Origin: Epithemia pelagica
Lineage: Eukaryota; Protista; Bacillariophyta
Reading direction: 5' to 3'
Assembly: GCA_946965045.2 (NCBI GenBank)
Contig: OX337236.1
Location: forward strand, 2,232,001 to 2,296,000
Length of the DNA: 64,000 nt
Part shown: piece after piece, positions 22,301-32,200 of the stretch
Numbering within the stretch: position 1 is the first letter of the stretch
Layout: the number at the start of each line of letters is the position of its first letter
Position numbers and translations under genes: made by a program
Notes under the pieces: generated by a model
Database searches by the model: none
What the model was told of the DNA's origin: nothing
The model's input: the letters and a program-made list of their open reading frames with translations, nothing else

Positions 22301-25011
22301 AACTGTTTGGTTGACTTGATCCCATAGATATCAGTAACCAGAGTATCTCGACCAACAAAGATTTGTGCGACTTTACCGCCATGGTCAACAGCAGGGGTGT
22401 CGGAGAAAACCGAGTCAGTAGCAACGGGTTCATGGCGTCGAGGTATATTAAGGACCGGATTGCGAGCCTTGAAATGTTTCTTGAGGGTGTCGTGGTCAAA
22501 AGTAATGCTACCATTACGTGTAGTGTGCTTGAACGTATCGGCAGTAACATCTTCAGATTGCCAACCAAAGAATGGACGGAACTTCTTCCAGTCATACGCT
22601 TCCTGGTAACGACGGTGGACAGAGGCATGAAGTGTAGGATCATTACCTTCTGCGTCAGCATAGATAGAAAAGAAGGGTGCGTCGTCAGGTCCATGATCGT
22701 ATGGGAGATCCAAAAGGAGATTGAGGTTACAAACAACACGATCAGTGTACTCCCCATAGTTGTCATATGGATGGTTCGACATACTACCATCAGTCTTGAC
22801 GTGTTTCCAATCAGGATCATTGTCAGAGGGTGTGGGAGAATACGAATGGTCCAGAACACCAGGATCCCATGTGTCGGGTGACGTGAAGATGATCTGAGGT
22901 AAGGTATCCATGTCATCGTCGCTGGGGATACCCAAGGAGTGGATGTAGGCTAACCCATCCTTGATGTGAAGGGGTATGGCACGACCATCAAGTGTAGTGA
23001 TGCGTTGTTTACCATCAACTTTAACAGATCGTTCATCAACAGCAAGTCCGAAATGCTCGAATTGACCAGGAGCATGGATAGATAAGCCCTTCCCATAATA
23101 AGCATATTCATTGAAGATGCCGACAATAGGTCCATCATTGGTCTCAAACTTTGCGGCACATGTGACGACAGGAAGTCCAGTAAGTTCATGGTTATCAATA
23201 CCCACAATAGTGATATGGCGGCCAGTCTTAGAAAGGATGCGCATGTCAGAACCAGCAAGTCCTCCATTAGCACCACGGTCAATCAATTGATTCCCTGGTA
23301 AAGTAGATTTCCTGGAAAACAGATAGCGTGGAACATGTCCTGCTCGTTTATGCATGTTGGCTTTGAAAGTAACCTTCTTGCTCGTCTTGGACTTGGCGTT
23401 AGAAAGAACACTAGTCAGGTCAGTTGCCGGGTGATTGATATCAGTCGTCATGGCTTGGTTGATAAATTGTGTAACCGGATCTGAATCATCTGAATGCTCA
23501 GTGACTACGCCAGGTGAGTCGTCATCAGATACAACTTGGTTGGGATCAGGATCAGGTTCCGGATCAATGTCGAGGGCATGTGTTTGCACTGTCCTCGGTG
23601 TTGTTGATGAAGGTGCTTGAATCATCTTGTTATATTCAATGATCAACTTGCGATCTTCTTCAGAAAGTTTGAACCATAGGTCACGCGGTAGACTAACCTT
23701 GGACGAAGAGGATGGAGATTCAGATGTCGCTTTGGTGTTGTGGACGTGATACTCCATATCATCTTGTGAGGTTATGTCAGCATCTGTATCTTGGCCATAT
23801 AGTGATTCATGTTGTTTGACATGTCGACGGCGACTATGAACAGATGACTGGGTTGCTTGATCATGGTCATAAGCTGCGTCTAGAAGGAGACGGAAGTATG
23901 ATTGATAGCAAAGGGATTTTGCACCGGATTTGGTGTTCACCACATTATCCAAGATCTTGACTCGGCGGAGATCAGGTACCTTTTCTACAGCTTGCATGAG
24001 GAAGGTCATCCTGGTATGATCAGGGATGCGATCAGACAATGTCACTAAATTGTCTAGCAAACGTAGCTGCTCTTGAAAGTGTAGAAGAAATTGACGTGTT
24101 GTTCCGCGCCATGTGTCGTCAAGACGTAGATTGGAAATGTAGTTGGTTAAGCGGAGGACTTCTCGCTTTGCTAGGTCGGATTCGGTATGCAAAGAGTGTA
24201 ACTTCTGCAATACGGCACGCGCATCTTCATCATGTTCATGTTCACGTACATAGGCTCGACCTTGGTCAGTCTGAATGATACGGACAAGAACGGAGTAAAG
24301 AAATACTTGTTGCTCTTGAAAAAGTTCTTCGGCATACTCATCATCATGGGGTGGTGTGTATTTGAAATTCAGAACGTTGGATAGGCCTTGAGCCTTAGCT
24401 GTAGTCTTGAATACACGCCAGAATGAATCGTAGTATCGTTCATCCTTGAATACCTCATATGCAGTTGCGTCGCGCTTAGTTCCCTTTCTGAATGCTGTAA
24501 GGTCTTGTTGAGATTGGGATGCGGCAGTAACTGTGCTGACAGATTTCACAGATGACGGTGACTTCATTGGCGAGACTGGGACTTGGCTAGGTGGTCCCTT
24601 AGAGAAATCTGTGTTGATCCTCCAAGTGTTGAACTCTTTCCTCGTTAGGTTCATCCAGTCGCTATTGGATAGCTCGTCTTGAATTTCATTGGTCTTGTAT
24701 GTGGCCCAATAAGCCAAGAGCTTGATCTGCTGTCTTGTGGGGCCTTGTAGATCATGTGTCTGTTTGTTGACCTTGTATTGTGTCAGTTCCTTCATGGATT
24801 CCTCGGTATTAGTTTGCATATACGAGATAACATGGGTAATGTTCTCAAAACCATGGTATTTCATCCACTTCATTAAGTAGTCAGCCCTTTCTTTGGTAAA
24901 AAATTGGCAGACAGTAAATATGATGTGGTCGAATAGGTCTGTGTCCGAGACATTGTCTTGGTTATCTTCTCCCTTAGGAGTCGTAGGTGTCTTGGGTGAT
25001 TGAGGATCCAT
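19324..25011 (-). CDS. Copia 1 Gag-Pol polyprotein, 1895 aa
   Basis: Protease LIDRGANGG; integrase VATDS...LISDGG...NKAENRYQTVK; RT YVDDL; RNase H YVDANL...TYGSEF...GDN...DILSK. Confidence 0.97.
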   Translation of the reverse strand: MDPQSPKTPTTPKGEDNQDNVSDTDLFDHIIFTVCQFFTKERADYLMKWMKYHGFENITHVISYMQTNTEESMKELTQYKVNKQTHDLQGPTRQQIKLLAYWATYKTNEIQDELSNSDWMNLTRKEFNTWRINTDFSKGPPSQVPVSPMKSPSSVKSVSTVTAASQSQQDLTAFRKGTKRDATAYEVFKDERYYDSFWRVFKTTAKAQGLSNVLNFKYTPPHDDEYAEELFQEQQVFLYSVLVRIIQTDQGRAYVREHEHDEDARAVLQKLHSLHTESDLAKREVLRLTNYISNLRLDDTWRGTTRQFLLHFQEQLRLLDNLVTLSDRIPDHTRMTFLMQAVEKVPDLRRVKILDNVVNTKSGAKSLCYQSYFRLLLDAAYDHDQATQSSVHSRRRHVKQHESLYGQDTDADITSQDDMEYHVHNTKATSESPSSSSKVSLPRDLWFKLSEEDRKLIIEYNKMIQAPSSTTPRTVQTHALDIDPEPDPDPNQVVSDDDSPGVVTEHSDDSDPVTQFINQAMTTDINHPATDLTSVLSNAKSKTSKKVTFKANMHKRAGHVPRYLFSRKSTLPGNQLIDRGANGGLAGSDMRILSKTGRHITIVGIDNHELTGLPVVTCAAKFETNDGPIVGIFNEYAYYGKGLSIHAPGQFEHFGLAVDERSVKVDGKQRITTLDGRAIPLHIKDGLAYIHSLGIPSDDDMDTLPQIIFTSPDTWDPGVLDHSYSPTPSDNDPDWKHVKTDGSMSNHPYDNYGEYTDRVVCNLNLLLDLPYDHGPDDAPFFSIYADAEGNDPTLHASVHRRYQEAYDWKKFRPFFGWQSEDVTADTFKHTTRNGSITFDHDTLKKHFKARNPVLNIPRRHEPVATDSVFSDTPAVDHGGKVAQIFVGRDTLVTDIYGIKSTKQFVNTLQDNIRFRGAMETLISDGGSSLISQKVKDILRTLLIGEYRSEPYHQHQNKAENRYQTVKRMTNALMNATGCPANTWLLCLEYVCDLLNHTSSPTHSGRTPLEALSGRPPDITHLLFFPFWDEVYYRVDPAEPNSGSYPSSSDEKLGHWVGFAHNVGDSFTWKILTQDNQIIYRSAVRRVESTTPNLRVDRPSGEDSSEKDDNDKQADTVFIRSDSEDPSKPMPTIDFDDMIGRTFLCDTEENGERHRARVIKRVIDLNEEATKQEERVKYIYRKTNSDVDEMISYNQLMEYIERDNQAQTSGDNLFRFRDVIAHQGPLNTTDPDYKGSKYNLLVDWETGETTYEPLSLIANDDPITVAIYGKKHGLLNEPGWKHLKRYVKTSKRLIRAAKQSRIKQVHHSVKYKFGFQVPRNYEEAVALDKQHGNTKWQDATELELSQIQSYKTFKDFGKAIFIKGKVSNAPEGYHKIRVHLVFDVKHDGRHKARLVADGHLTKEPVETIYSGVVSIRNLRIALFLGTLNDLEIWGADIGNAYLEALTGEKIFIVAGPEFKELEGHILIIYKALYGLKSSGARWHDVLFDVLTDMGFSPSKADPDIWMRKAPGEDCYEYIAVYVDDLAIISTDPGNICKILKEKYNFKLKGDGPIDFHLGCCYTKDSDGTFVADPRRYIGKMMDTFERIFKEKPKKAKTPLIGEDHPELDDSELLDEEGTSHFQTLIGQLQWVITIGRFDVFTATMTLSRFRAAPRKGHLDRAKRIYGYLAHLPEGAIRFRIGEPDYSSLPTQEFDWTRTVYSNASERIPEDCPTPLGRYVTTTHYVDANLMHDIVTGKSVTAVLHLLNGTPIDWYSKRQSTVETATYGSEFVAARTAIDQITELRHSLRYLGVPIRERSYLYGDNRSVVLNATVPHSILSKRHHLLSYHRVREAIAAKYVAFYWKDGKTNPADILSKHWDFVSIWPMLKPLLFWKGEVQDLNKPNDDKAETTSCGEC
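19330..19337 (-). promoter_or_regulatory. Copia 1 polypurine tract GTGGGGAG
   Basis: Abuts the 3' LTR; the same sequence occurs at 56008-56015 in copia 2. Confidence 0.75.
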
Positions 25012-25278
25012 GGTGTTATTTGGTTGGTTCGATGTTTATTTAATGTGCGGTGTGATGTGGTTTATTTAATGTGTGATGTGATGTGAACCCGGATGTACCA
25101 CGTGTGCCACGTATGTACCACGTATGTAATACCCGGATGTGTGTTGTGATGTGCGACTCCTGGAAATTTCCGTTGATTTCGACAAATTTTCGCCGGGTTT
25201 CAACAAATTTTCGCCGAATTTTCGCGATTTGACGGGAATGTGTGGCGTGTTGTGCGACCAAGGGTACCCGGATGTGCG
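24986..25278 (-). promoter_or_regulatory. Ultraconserved 293-nt cis module spanning the gag-pol leader and first codons (copy in copia 1)
   Basis: Only 4 substitutions versus 61658-61950; repeated CCGGATGT, CCACGT, AAATTTTCGCCG and TTTATTTAATGTG motifs. Confidence 0.7.
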
Positions 25279-25331
25279 TTGAGTTTAAGTCTTGGAAAGG
25301 TTTTGAGAGGACGGGAGTTAACTATGAGTAA

Positions 25332-26111
25332 TTAAGCTTCGGTCTCTGAATCCTCACCCTCTTCCGAATGATCAGAGTCGCTTCCAGGCTCAGATGGGGC
25401 AGCACAAGCAACAGAAGAAGGGGTATCACCTTCAGCCAGGTGGTTCTCGACCTCGGTACGCAAAGGGTAGATAGTTGCACGATGGTCCTCGATGGTATGG
25501 ACCTCGTGGATGTAGGCAACGTAGTTATCTAGGCGTACAACGTTAGGAGGCAGAGGGCAAGTCGTCGTGTTCACGACGTGGATGGTATTGTAGTATCCAG
25601 TTGGGCGCTCGAAGGTTAGGAAGCGGAGGTGGACAGTACGGATGGGGTTGCCCGAGAGGGCGGCAAAGATGAGGCGACGCCTCGGAGAACGATGAAGTTG
25701 GTCGTTCAGACGGTCAATGTCTTCTTGGTCGACGATGTGGGTCACCGATTGGAACTGGCGTTCGATCTGGGTCTCCCCACGAATGATCTCGGGATCGAAG
25801 GTCGAACAAGTTGGTTGGCGGAAGTACTTGATATGATCAGCAATCAACCGGGTGGTACGACGGGATCGAGAAGGGACGAGCCGACGAGGCGGACTCGGGG
25901 GCCGAAGCAACGGCGCAGGGATCGGAGCGTGAGGCTGGGTTGGAGTCTCGAATGGATTGCTGTTGGAACTGTCGACGGAGATGTTGACCGATGTGTTGGC
26001 TGCCTTCGGCGTCGGCACCAGTTCCTGCTGCACCAGGGTATCGGGCTGCCCGGGATGCAGGTTGGCTCGATAGATCTGTCGTACAGGAGTGATAATCTCG
26101 TTAGTATCCAT
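25332..26111 (-). CDS. Copia 1 extra upstream ORF (ORF0), 259 aa, unknown function
   Basis: ATG just downstream of the PBS, same strand as gag-pol; homologous to 62753-61998. Confidence 0.85.
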   Translation of the reverse strand: MDTNEIITPVRQIYRANLHPGQPDTLVQQELVPTPKAANTSVNISVDSSNSNPFETPTQPHAPIPAPLLRPPSPPRRLVPSRSRRTTRLIADHIKYFRQPTCSTFDPEIIRGETQIERQFQSVTHIVDQEDIDRLNDQLHRSPRRRLIFAALSGNPIRTVHLRFLTFERPTGYYNTIHVVNTTTCPLPPNVVRLDNYVAYIHEVHTIEDHRATIYPLRTEVENHLAEGDTPSSVACAAPSEPGSDSDHSEEGEDSETEA

Positions 26112-26133
26112 GAAACCACAAGGAAATAAGCTT

Positions 26134-26147
26134 TGAGACTGTTAATC
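26134..26147 (-). promoter_or_regulatory. Copia 1 primer-binding site GATTAACAGTCTCA (putative half-tRNA-Asn primer)
   Basis: Abuts the 5' LTR; identical 14-mer at the same position in copia 2. Confidence 0.7.
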
Positions 26148-26930
26148 TATTACAATTCTTTCTGAATCGTAGGGACATTGATGCTCGGTAGAGCAGACAA
26201 TCAGGTAGGTCACCAACCGATACAAGCTTCTCAGGGTCAGAGAAGCAAGCAAGTCGAAGTCTATCAGAAGGATAGTCGGGACACAAAAGAGGATGTGATA
26301 AATGGTGATATTGTTAGATTGTGTGTTGATTACTACGATAGGTCTACGTGAAATGTTCGGTCCTGCCAAGGGTCATGTGTCATAGGTTCTTGGCGGCAAC
26401 AGGTTTGGAATAGTTGGAGTTGATTCATGTGATGTATATGACATGTATATGTGGGCGGATAACATATACAGGGTCAACAGCTCTTGCTTTGGGTTGGCAT
26501 AGTTGTTTTCATGGCGCGCAGCTTGTTGACAATTTGGAGATTGTGGGAATGGAAATATGGTCTCGCGTGATCGTGTGTCGTGCTTGGGATACTTAGACCG
26601 TTGGATCGGATAGATGCCGATAGCGCTCGGATGTCGCTTGGGCGCGCTCGATGATTTCGGGCGCGTACGCTTAGGGCGTTAGTATAATGTCCGAGCAACG
26701 GCCAAATTTATGTCCGTTGTAATACCGCACGACCCAGTTTAGTCTTGAGAGTGAGTTCGTCAATCTATTCTCACTTTTCATGATTTGCGAAGAAATATAG
26801 GTCGATATAGCGCGAAGCTAGGAAACATAGCTCGAAGCTAGAGGGCATGATGCGATAGCACGAGGCTATGTGACATGGGGAATCGATGAGATGTAGAATC
26901 TAACCACCATAGACGGTGAGAATTCTAACA
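26148..26930 (-). repeat. Copia 1 5' LTR (783 bp)
   Basis: Direct repeat of 18547-19329. Confidence 0.95.
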
Positions 26931-28493
26931 ACATCTGACAAGGCCTTGGAAGCTGTATCATCTTTGACATTCTGCTGATGATGTTTAATAAAATGTTTTG
27001 TCACATCCATATTGGATGTCTCTGGACAGGCACCTTCTGTAGCTATTCCTTCTTGTGGTGCTAAAACTGGAGTAGAGTCATTGGCATTCATGGGTGTGCA
27101 ACTCTCTGGAAATAAATTGCCCCGTACTGGTGGAGACGCCGTTAGGGATGTTCCATTACCTACTCGAACAGGATGAGTTTGCTGAGAGATGACACCACTA
27201 TTTGGGTGATTGGGAAGCATATGCGAAAGAGACATCAATTCACGTCGTTGTCGCAAATTTCTATCCATCTCTATGAGTGATAATGACTGGACAACACCTT
27301 GGAACATTGTCCTGGAAAGCATGGATGACTGTTCTCCAGATGATGCAAGATTCTGCATGAGAAGTGTCATGAGAGGGTCGACACCAGTAGAACTAGCAGT
27401 GTTGGCAGAGTCATTCTGCTGGTCTGTTTTGTCGTCATCCGAGTCTTGAGCATTACTCCTAGAAGAAGACATGATTAATGCAGAAAACTAACCAACTGAG
27501 TTCCCTGCTGTAGCTATCTCTCCCTTACCAGTCGGGTAGAGATGTCACGACTAATGACGAAACGCGTGATCCACAGCAGTAGAATGCCAAAACACCAATG
27601 GAATGTAATCAGTACCGGGAGCAGTTGTCACTGGGCTTGCCTGGCAAAGCTAATTAGGTGTGACACGCTTCCACTGCAGTCTTTAGGCTAGGTAGCTACT
27701 CGGAAGTAACCAAGAACTAGCAAGTTCTGACGGTAACTGTTCTTGTCTCCACACACCGGGATTGCCAGTCCCTAGCCCAATCTCCAGACATAGACAGTTG
27801 AGGAATTGTAAGGAGCAAGATGAACTCTGGCTACTCTGGCTGCACTGAAATCGTTCCAATTTGATGAATTCCACGCTTGTCCGATTGCAAAAGTGTAGAT
27901 TCTCAAGACGGACCAACCTGCCACAGCACAAAGATAGAGAGCCTTGTCGCTTGGCAGGCGACAGCAACAGATGCTTTGTTAGGAAACAAGCGGTGTGCCG
28001 GAGCACGCGAAGTAGTACCTGTTGAGTACCTTAACTTTGCCCCCCTAACGATATCCAGCCGGTCTGGCAAGGATCGCCCTCTTTTCAGCCTGTTGGCCTA
28101 CTTGTACAATCACGTACGGGGTGGGGGATTACACAGTCTCGCGGGGACTGGGAATTGGGTTGGCCGTGGGATTGGTTACCTCGGATATGTCCCCCAATTC
28201 AGTGGAAAAACTCACAATGCCAGGTATCTAGTTACGGGACGGGGCAAGCACAAAGAGGCCCAATGCAATATCAGGTGGGTCTAGTGACGCTTCTTGCAAG
28301 ATAAATTCAAAAATGAGCACGCAGCACACAAAAACCAATCGCACAAAAAACACAACAGATTTCTATTCTGTAATCTCACAGATTGTGAGAAGTAGAGGAA
28401 AAAATGGTCGGGATTAGTGCCTCAGGGGTATCTTCTAGTCCTTGAACTTGGTGTATGCTGTATGCTGGATAGTTAGAGTAGTAGTACGTAGCT

Positions 28494-28865
28494 GGCCCAA
28501 TACAACATCAGATAACGAGCTCACATCTTTTTCTTCTGTTCCTTACCTAGGCCCAATAAAAATCAGATGACGAGCTCACATCTTTTTCTTCTTTTGTGTT
28601 CCGGTGAATTCTTTTATTTGGCCCAATACATTATCAGATGACGAGCTCACATCTTTTTCTTCTTTTGTGTTCCGGTGAATTCTTTTTTTGACCCAATACA
28701 ATATCAGATGACGAGCTCACAACTTTTTCTTCTTTTGTGTTCCAGTGAGTTCTTTAGCTCACAACATTGGACAAAATGAAATTTTTCTTATGTGTTCCAG
28801 TGAGTTCTTTAGCTCACAAAATTGGCCAAAAAATCAGACGGTCGACAACTTGAACTCACAAAATT
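28494..28865. repeat. MULE right subterminal tandem array (~55-70-bp units containing GAGCTCACA)
   Basis: Four copies of G(G/A)CCCAATA...ATCAGATRACGAGCTCACA.CTTTTT...TGTTCC, followed by degenerate partial copies. Confidence 0.85.
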
Positions 28866-29212
28866 TGCCATTTAGTACCAGTGAGACATCTGAATAATGT
28901 CCGAAGAATCAAAATTAGATTTAACTATGGTCTATTGTGAGTATTGAGACATAATGTGGACAAAAAAAAGAAACTACCCCTAGAAACTCCCCTCTAGGCT
29001 GTGGACAATTTTGTGAGCTCACAACGAACTCACAAAATTATCCTCCCTCCGTCTCTTACGATTTGTGATTGGCCGCTTACCAAACCAAAGCGCGTCGTCT
29101 TATAATTCGACGCGAAGAACCCACAGAACAAAATAAACACGTAGGATAAGCACGTTGCACGCTGTTGGTGCGCATCGGAAGAAAAATTTGGACAAACCAA
29201 CGTCAGTTTTAA

Positions 29213-32200
29213 TTGTCCATGATGAGAGCTAAACCACAGCAGCAAGAGCGGGCTGTTTCACTCGGTGGCATGAGAGCCTCTGGCCAGCGTTCGTGCATGA
29301 TGGCTTGGTGGTTGTTTACAGCTTTGATCCTTGGTGCATTTGGAATTGTCGATGCAGTTGGGGACAATGGAAGCGACATGATTTTGCATAGCTTGCCAAA
29401 AGTCGATGCGCTACGACGAGGGGCCAACACCATCAACAGCACAGTTTTGCTTCAACGACGCCCTGGTGAAACGGTTGACTCCTTGGTAAACACAACGGAT
29501 GATAGTTTCCTTGGTGGAATCTGTGGAATGGTTGATTTGAATGTTTATTCCATCTTCCCAGCTCCCAACGTGCGAATCGCCTTTCCAGCAACTCTGCCAT
29601 GGCAAGGTTTGGCAGCCATATCGTTGGCCTTGCATCATTTGAATACAGGCAATGGAGTGGTGGTGGAAGAATTGAATCAACTCGAAACATGTCCAATTCA
29701 GTTCGCGGCTGAATTCCGTGATACTTCGCTCCTGGAAAATCAAGCAGTCGATGCAGTTGTGGATATTACTCAAAACGGTCTGAGTGGAGGTGGTGGTCCC
29801 TGTGCCTTTACAGGTGCATTTCGATCGCAAGTGTCTATACCTACAGCACTTTTGACCGGTCTCAAGGGATATCCACAAGTATCAGTACTCAGTGCCTCAC
29901 CGCAACTCAATGACAAGACCCAATATCCTTTGTTTGGTCGAGTGATTCCTGCCAATGACGAATATGGAGGACCATTGTTGGAGTTTCTGTACACGCAATG
30001 GAACGTCCGACACTTGGCCGTGGTGTATACAGACAATACGGTTGGCCTTCCTTATGTGGCTGGCATTCGACGAGCGCAAGCCCGACAGTTTCCGGATATG
30101 GAAATTCGTGCGGTGGCTTTTCCTGATCAATCGACCGATGAGGACTATGCTGCAGCCGTAGATGCATTGGCACAAACGGGATTTCGTTACTTTTTCTGTG
30201 TTGCCCGTCGTCACCACTTGCAAGCCTTGTTACCGGAAGCGGTCCGGCAAGGTATTGCCGGCGATGGCTTGCACAACTGGATGATTAGCAATGAGCAAGC
30301 CCTGACCGCCCTCTACGTCGGACAGAACTTTTCATCTACCGATGTAATGAAACAAGCGGGTGTTGGATTAATGGCCTTTTCTCGCAGAGCCAGTCGTCCC
30401 GGAATTGGACGCTATACCGCTTTTGCTCAAGCCATGCAAGAGTTGGGCCAAAGCAGCGCTGACTTGGAGTATTTGCAAACAAAAATTCCAACCTATCCTG
30501 GTGTTCCTAGCTACAATCCCTTACCCCTCTTCCAACAAGCCCTCTCTACGGCTCCGATCGATTCGGTGACACCCAGTTATTATGATGCAGCAATTTTGGT
30601 GGGTTTGGCTGCCTGTCGGGCCGCACAAGGGTCTGCCTCACCACCGACAACCTTTTTCACCGGTGCGGAACATTATCAGCAGTTGTTGCAAACGTCCTTC
30701 ATTGGAGCCAGTGGTCAGATTGCCCTTGATCCCAACACTGGTTCACGGATTGCGACAAGCAGTCTTTTTTCAATGATAAACTACGTACCATACCAACTGG
30801 AGGGTGCATCCAACTATTCCTTTCGAGAGGTCGAAGTGGCGTCTTATAGTGACAAGACATGGGAAATGCTAGAAGCGGTGGTTTTCAACGATGGTTCCAC
30901 TGTTGTTGCGCAGGACTTGGAACCTGTCCGTGTCAATCAGAATTACATTGGATCAAGATTACGCGCCGTCGGCTTGGTCCTCTCCATCTTGGTCATGGTC
31001 TCTTCCCTTTGTTTTTCCTTGTGGACTTTTCGCCATGGCAAGGAACGGGTCGTCTTGGCCTCACAACCCATCTTCCTGCATCTCTTGTGTTTTGGTACAG
31101 CGATGATGGGGAGTGCCATTGTGCCCTTTAGTTTTGATGAAGAAGTGAATGGGGTCAATCTCAATGCATCGTGTCGCGTTGTGCCCTGGTTGTGGAGTTT
31201 GGGCTGGTGCATTGCTTTTTCGGCGCTCTTTACGAAAACCATGCGTGTGAATCGAATCTTTCACAACCCAGGATTCCGTCGTGTCAAGGTCACAGCGACT
31301 GATGTAATGAAGCCGCTGGCTGTGTTAACCTGTCTTAATTTCGTCATCTTGATTCTTTGGACTACCCTGGATCCCTTGACCTGGGAACGAGATGTGGTGG
31401 AAACGGATCGATTTGGTCGGCCTTCCGAAACGCGAGGTGAATGTCAATCCGACGATGTCTTGGCCTACCTGATCCCCCTTCTTACAGTCAATTTGGGAGC
31501 CTTATCATTGGCGGTCTACCAAGCCTATGTGGCACGACAGATATCAGTAGAATTCGCCGAGTCCGATTACATTGCGCGCGCTTCAAGCCTTATATTGGTT
31601 GTGGCTTTCATGGCGATACCCATTGCCGTGATTGCTCAAGACAACAACCGAGCCTTTTTCTTTGTTGCCTCCGGATTTGTCTTTGTCGTCTGCGCTTCAC
31701 TCTTGGGTTTTATCTTTGTACCCAAAATAGTGTTCCAATGGCAAGCTGGAGATGAAGAATCTCGACAACGTATGGCCACTTCAGTTTCTCAGACAGTGCG
31801 TAGGCTGAACAACAAAAACAGTAACGACAGCGTCACCAGCAGCAGCTTTCACATGTTTTCCGGCTCGAGTCATCCCATGTCCACGGAAAATGGACTCAAT
31901 TTGCCAGAGGGGAACAAAGATTCCGTAGGAGATCTGCCAACTACCACCAATGATCCCAGCGGAACTACACACAGCAACCCGACTGCTGAGGATCTGGGCA
32001 GAGACACTAATAGTGTCCGTATTGTATCCACGGCAAGTAGTGTTCTTCGCGAATCCACCATGCGCGCGGACGAGAACAATGACTCTGGAGATGATGAACC
32101 AAGTACCATAAACCCAGAGCCAGCGACTCAACCAGGCATGATAAGGAGACTCACACAACGATTTGGTGATAATGACGACGAACAAGGCATCCGCATTCTT

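Larger units (their letters stand above)
18547..26930 (-). mobile_element. Ty1/copia LTR retrotransposon 1 (diatom CoDi-type), 8384 bp, apparently intact
   Basis: 783-bp LTRs; 5-bp TSD ACATC at 18542-18546 and 26931-26935; PR-INT-RT-RNaseH order in one ORF. Confidence 0.97.
16885..27472 (-). pseudogene. GCM-domain MULE transposase interrupted by copia 1; reconstituted from 27472-26931 + 18541-16885, 732 aa
   Basis: Removing the copia and one TSD gives in-frame ...KALSDVYWPNGNTK.... GCM-like YLYCLGVMACQDPKC...CPIH...C...HKGSHNH; DDE core SDTVE, VDWSDA, CNVH, TNAQEN. Confidence 0.85.
16008..29049 (-). mobile_element. Mutator-like (MULE) DNA transposon with GCM-domain transposase; ~4.65 kb once the nested copia is removed
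   Basis: 9-bp direct repeat CGTCTCTTA at 15999-16007 and 29050-29058; imperfect inverted termini (GGGGAGATA...TGTGAGTT vs GAGGGAGGATA...TGTGAGTT); inverted TTGTGAG/CTCACAA subterminal motifs; internal transposase. Confidence 0.85.

Noticed and set aside
25629-26129. Antisense ORFs over ORF0 in both elements (also 62238-62780)
   Set aside because: In-register antisense shadows of ORF0 with different starts and weak similarity; no independent evidence
26134-26147. tRNA-Asn gene
   Set aside because: Only a 14-nt anticodon-arm match; no D arm, T arm or acceptor stem
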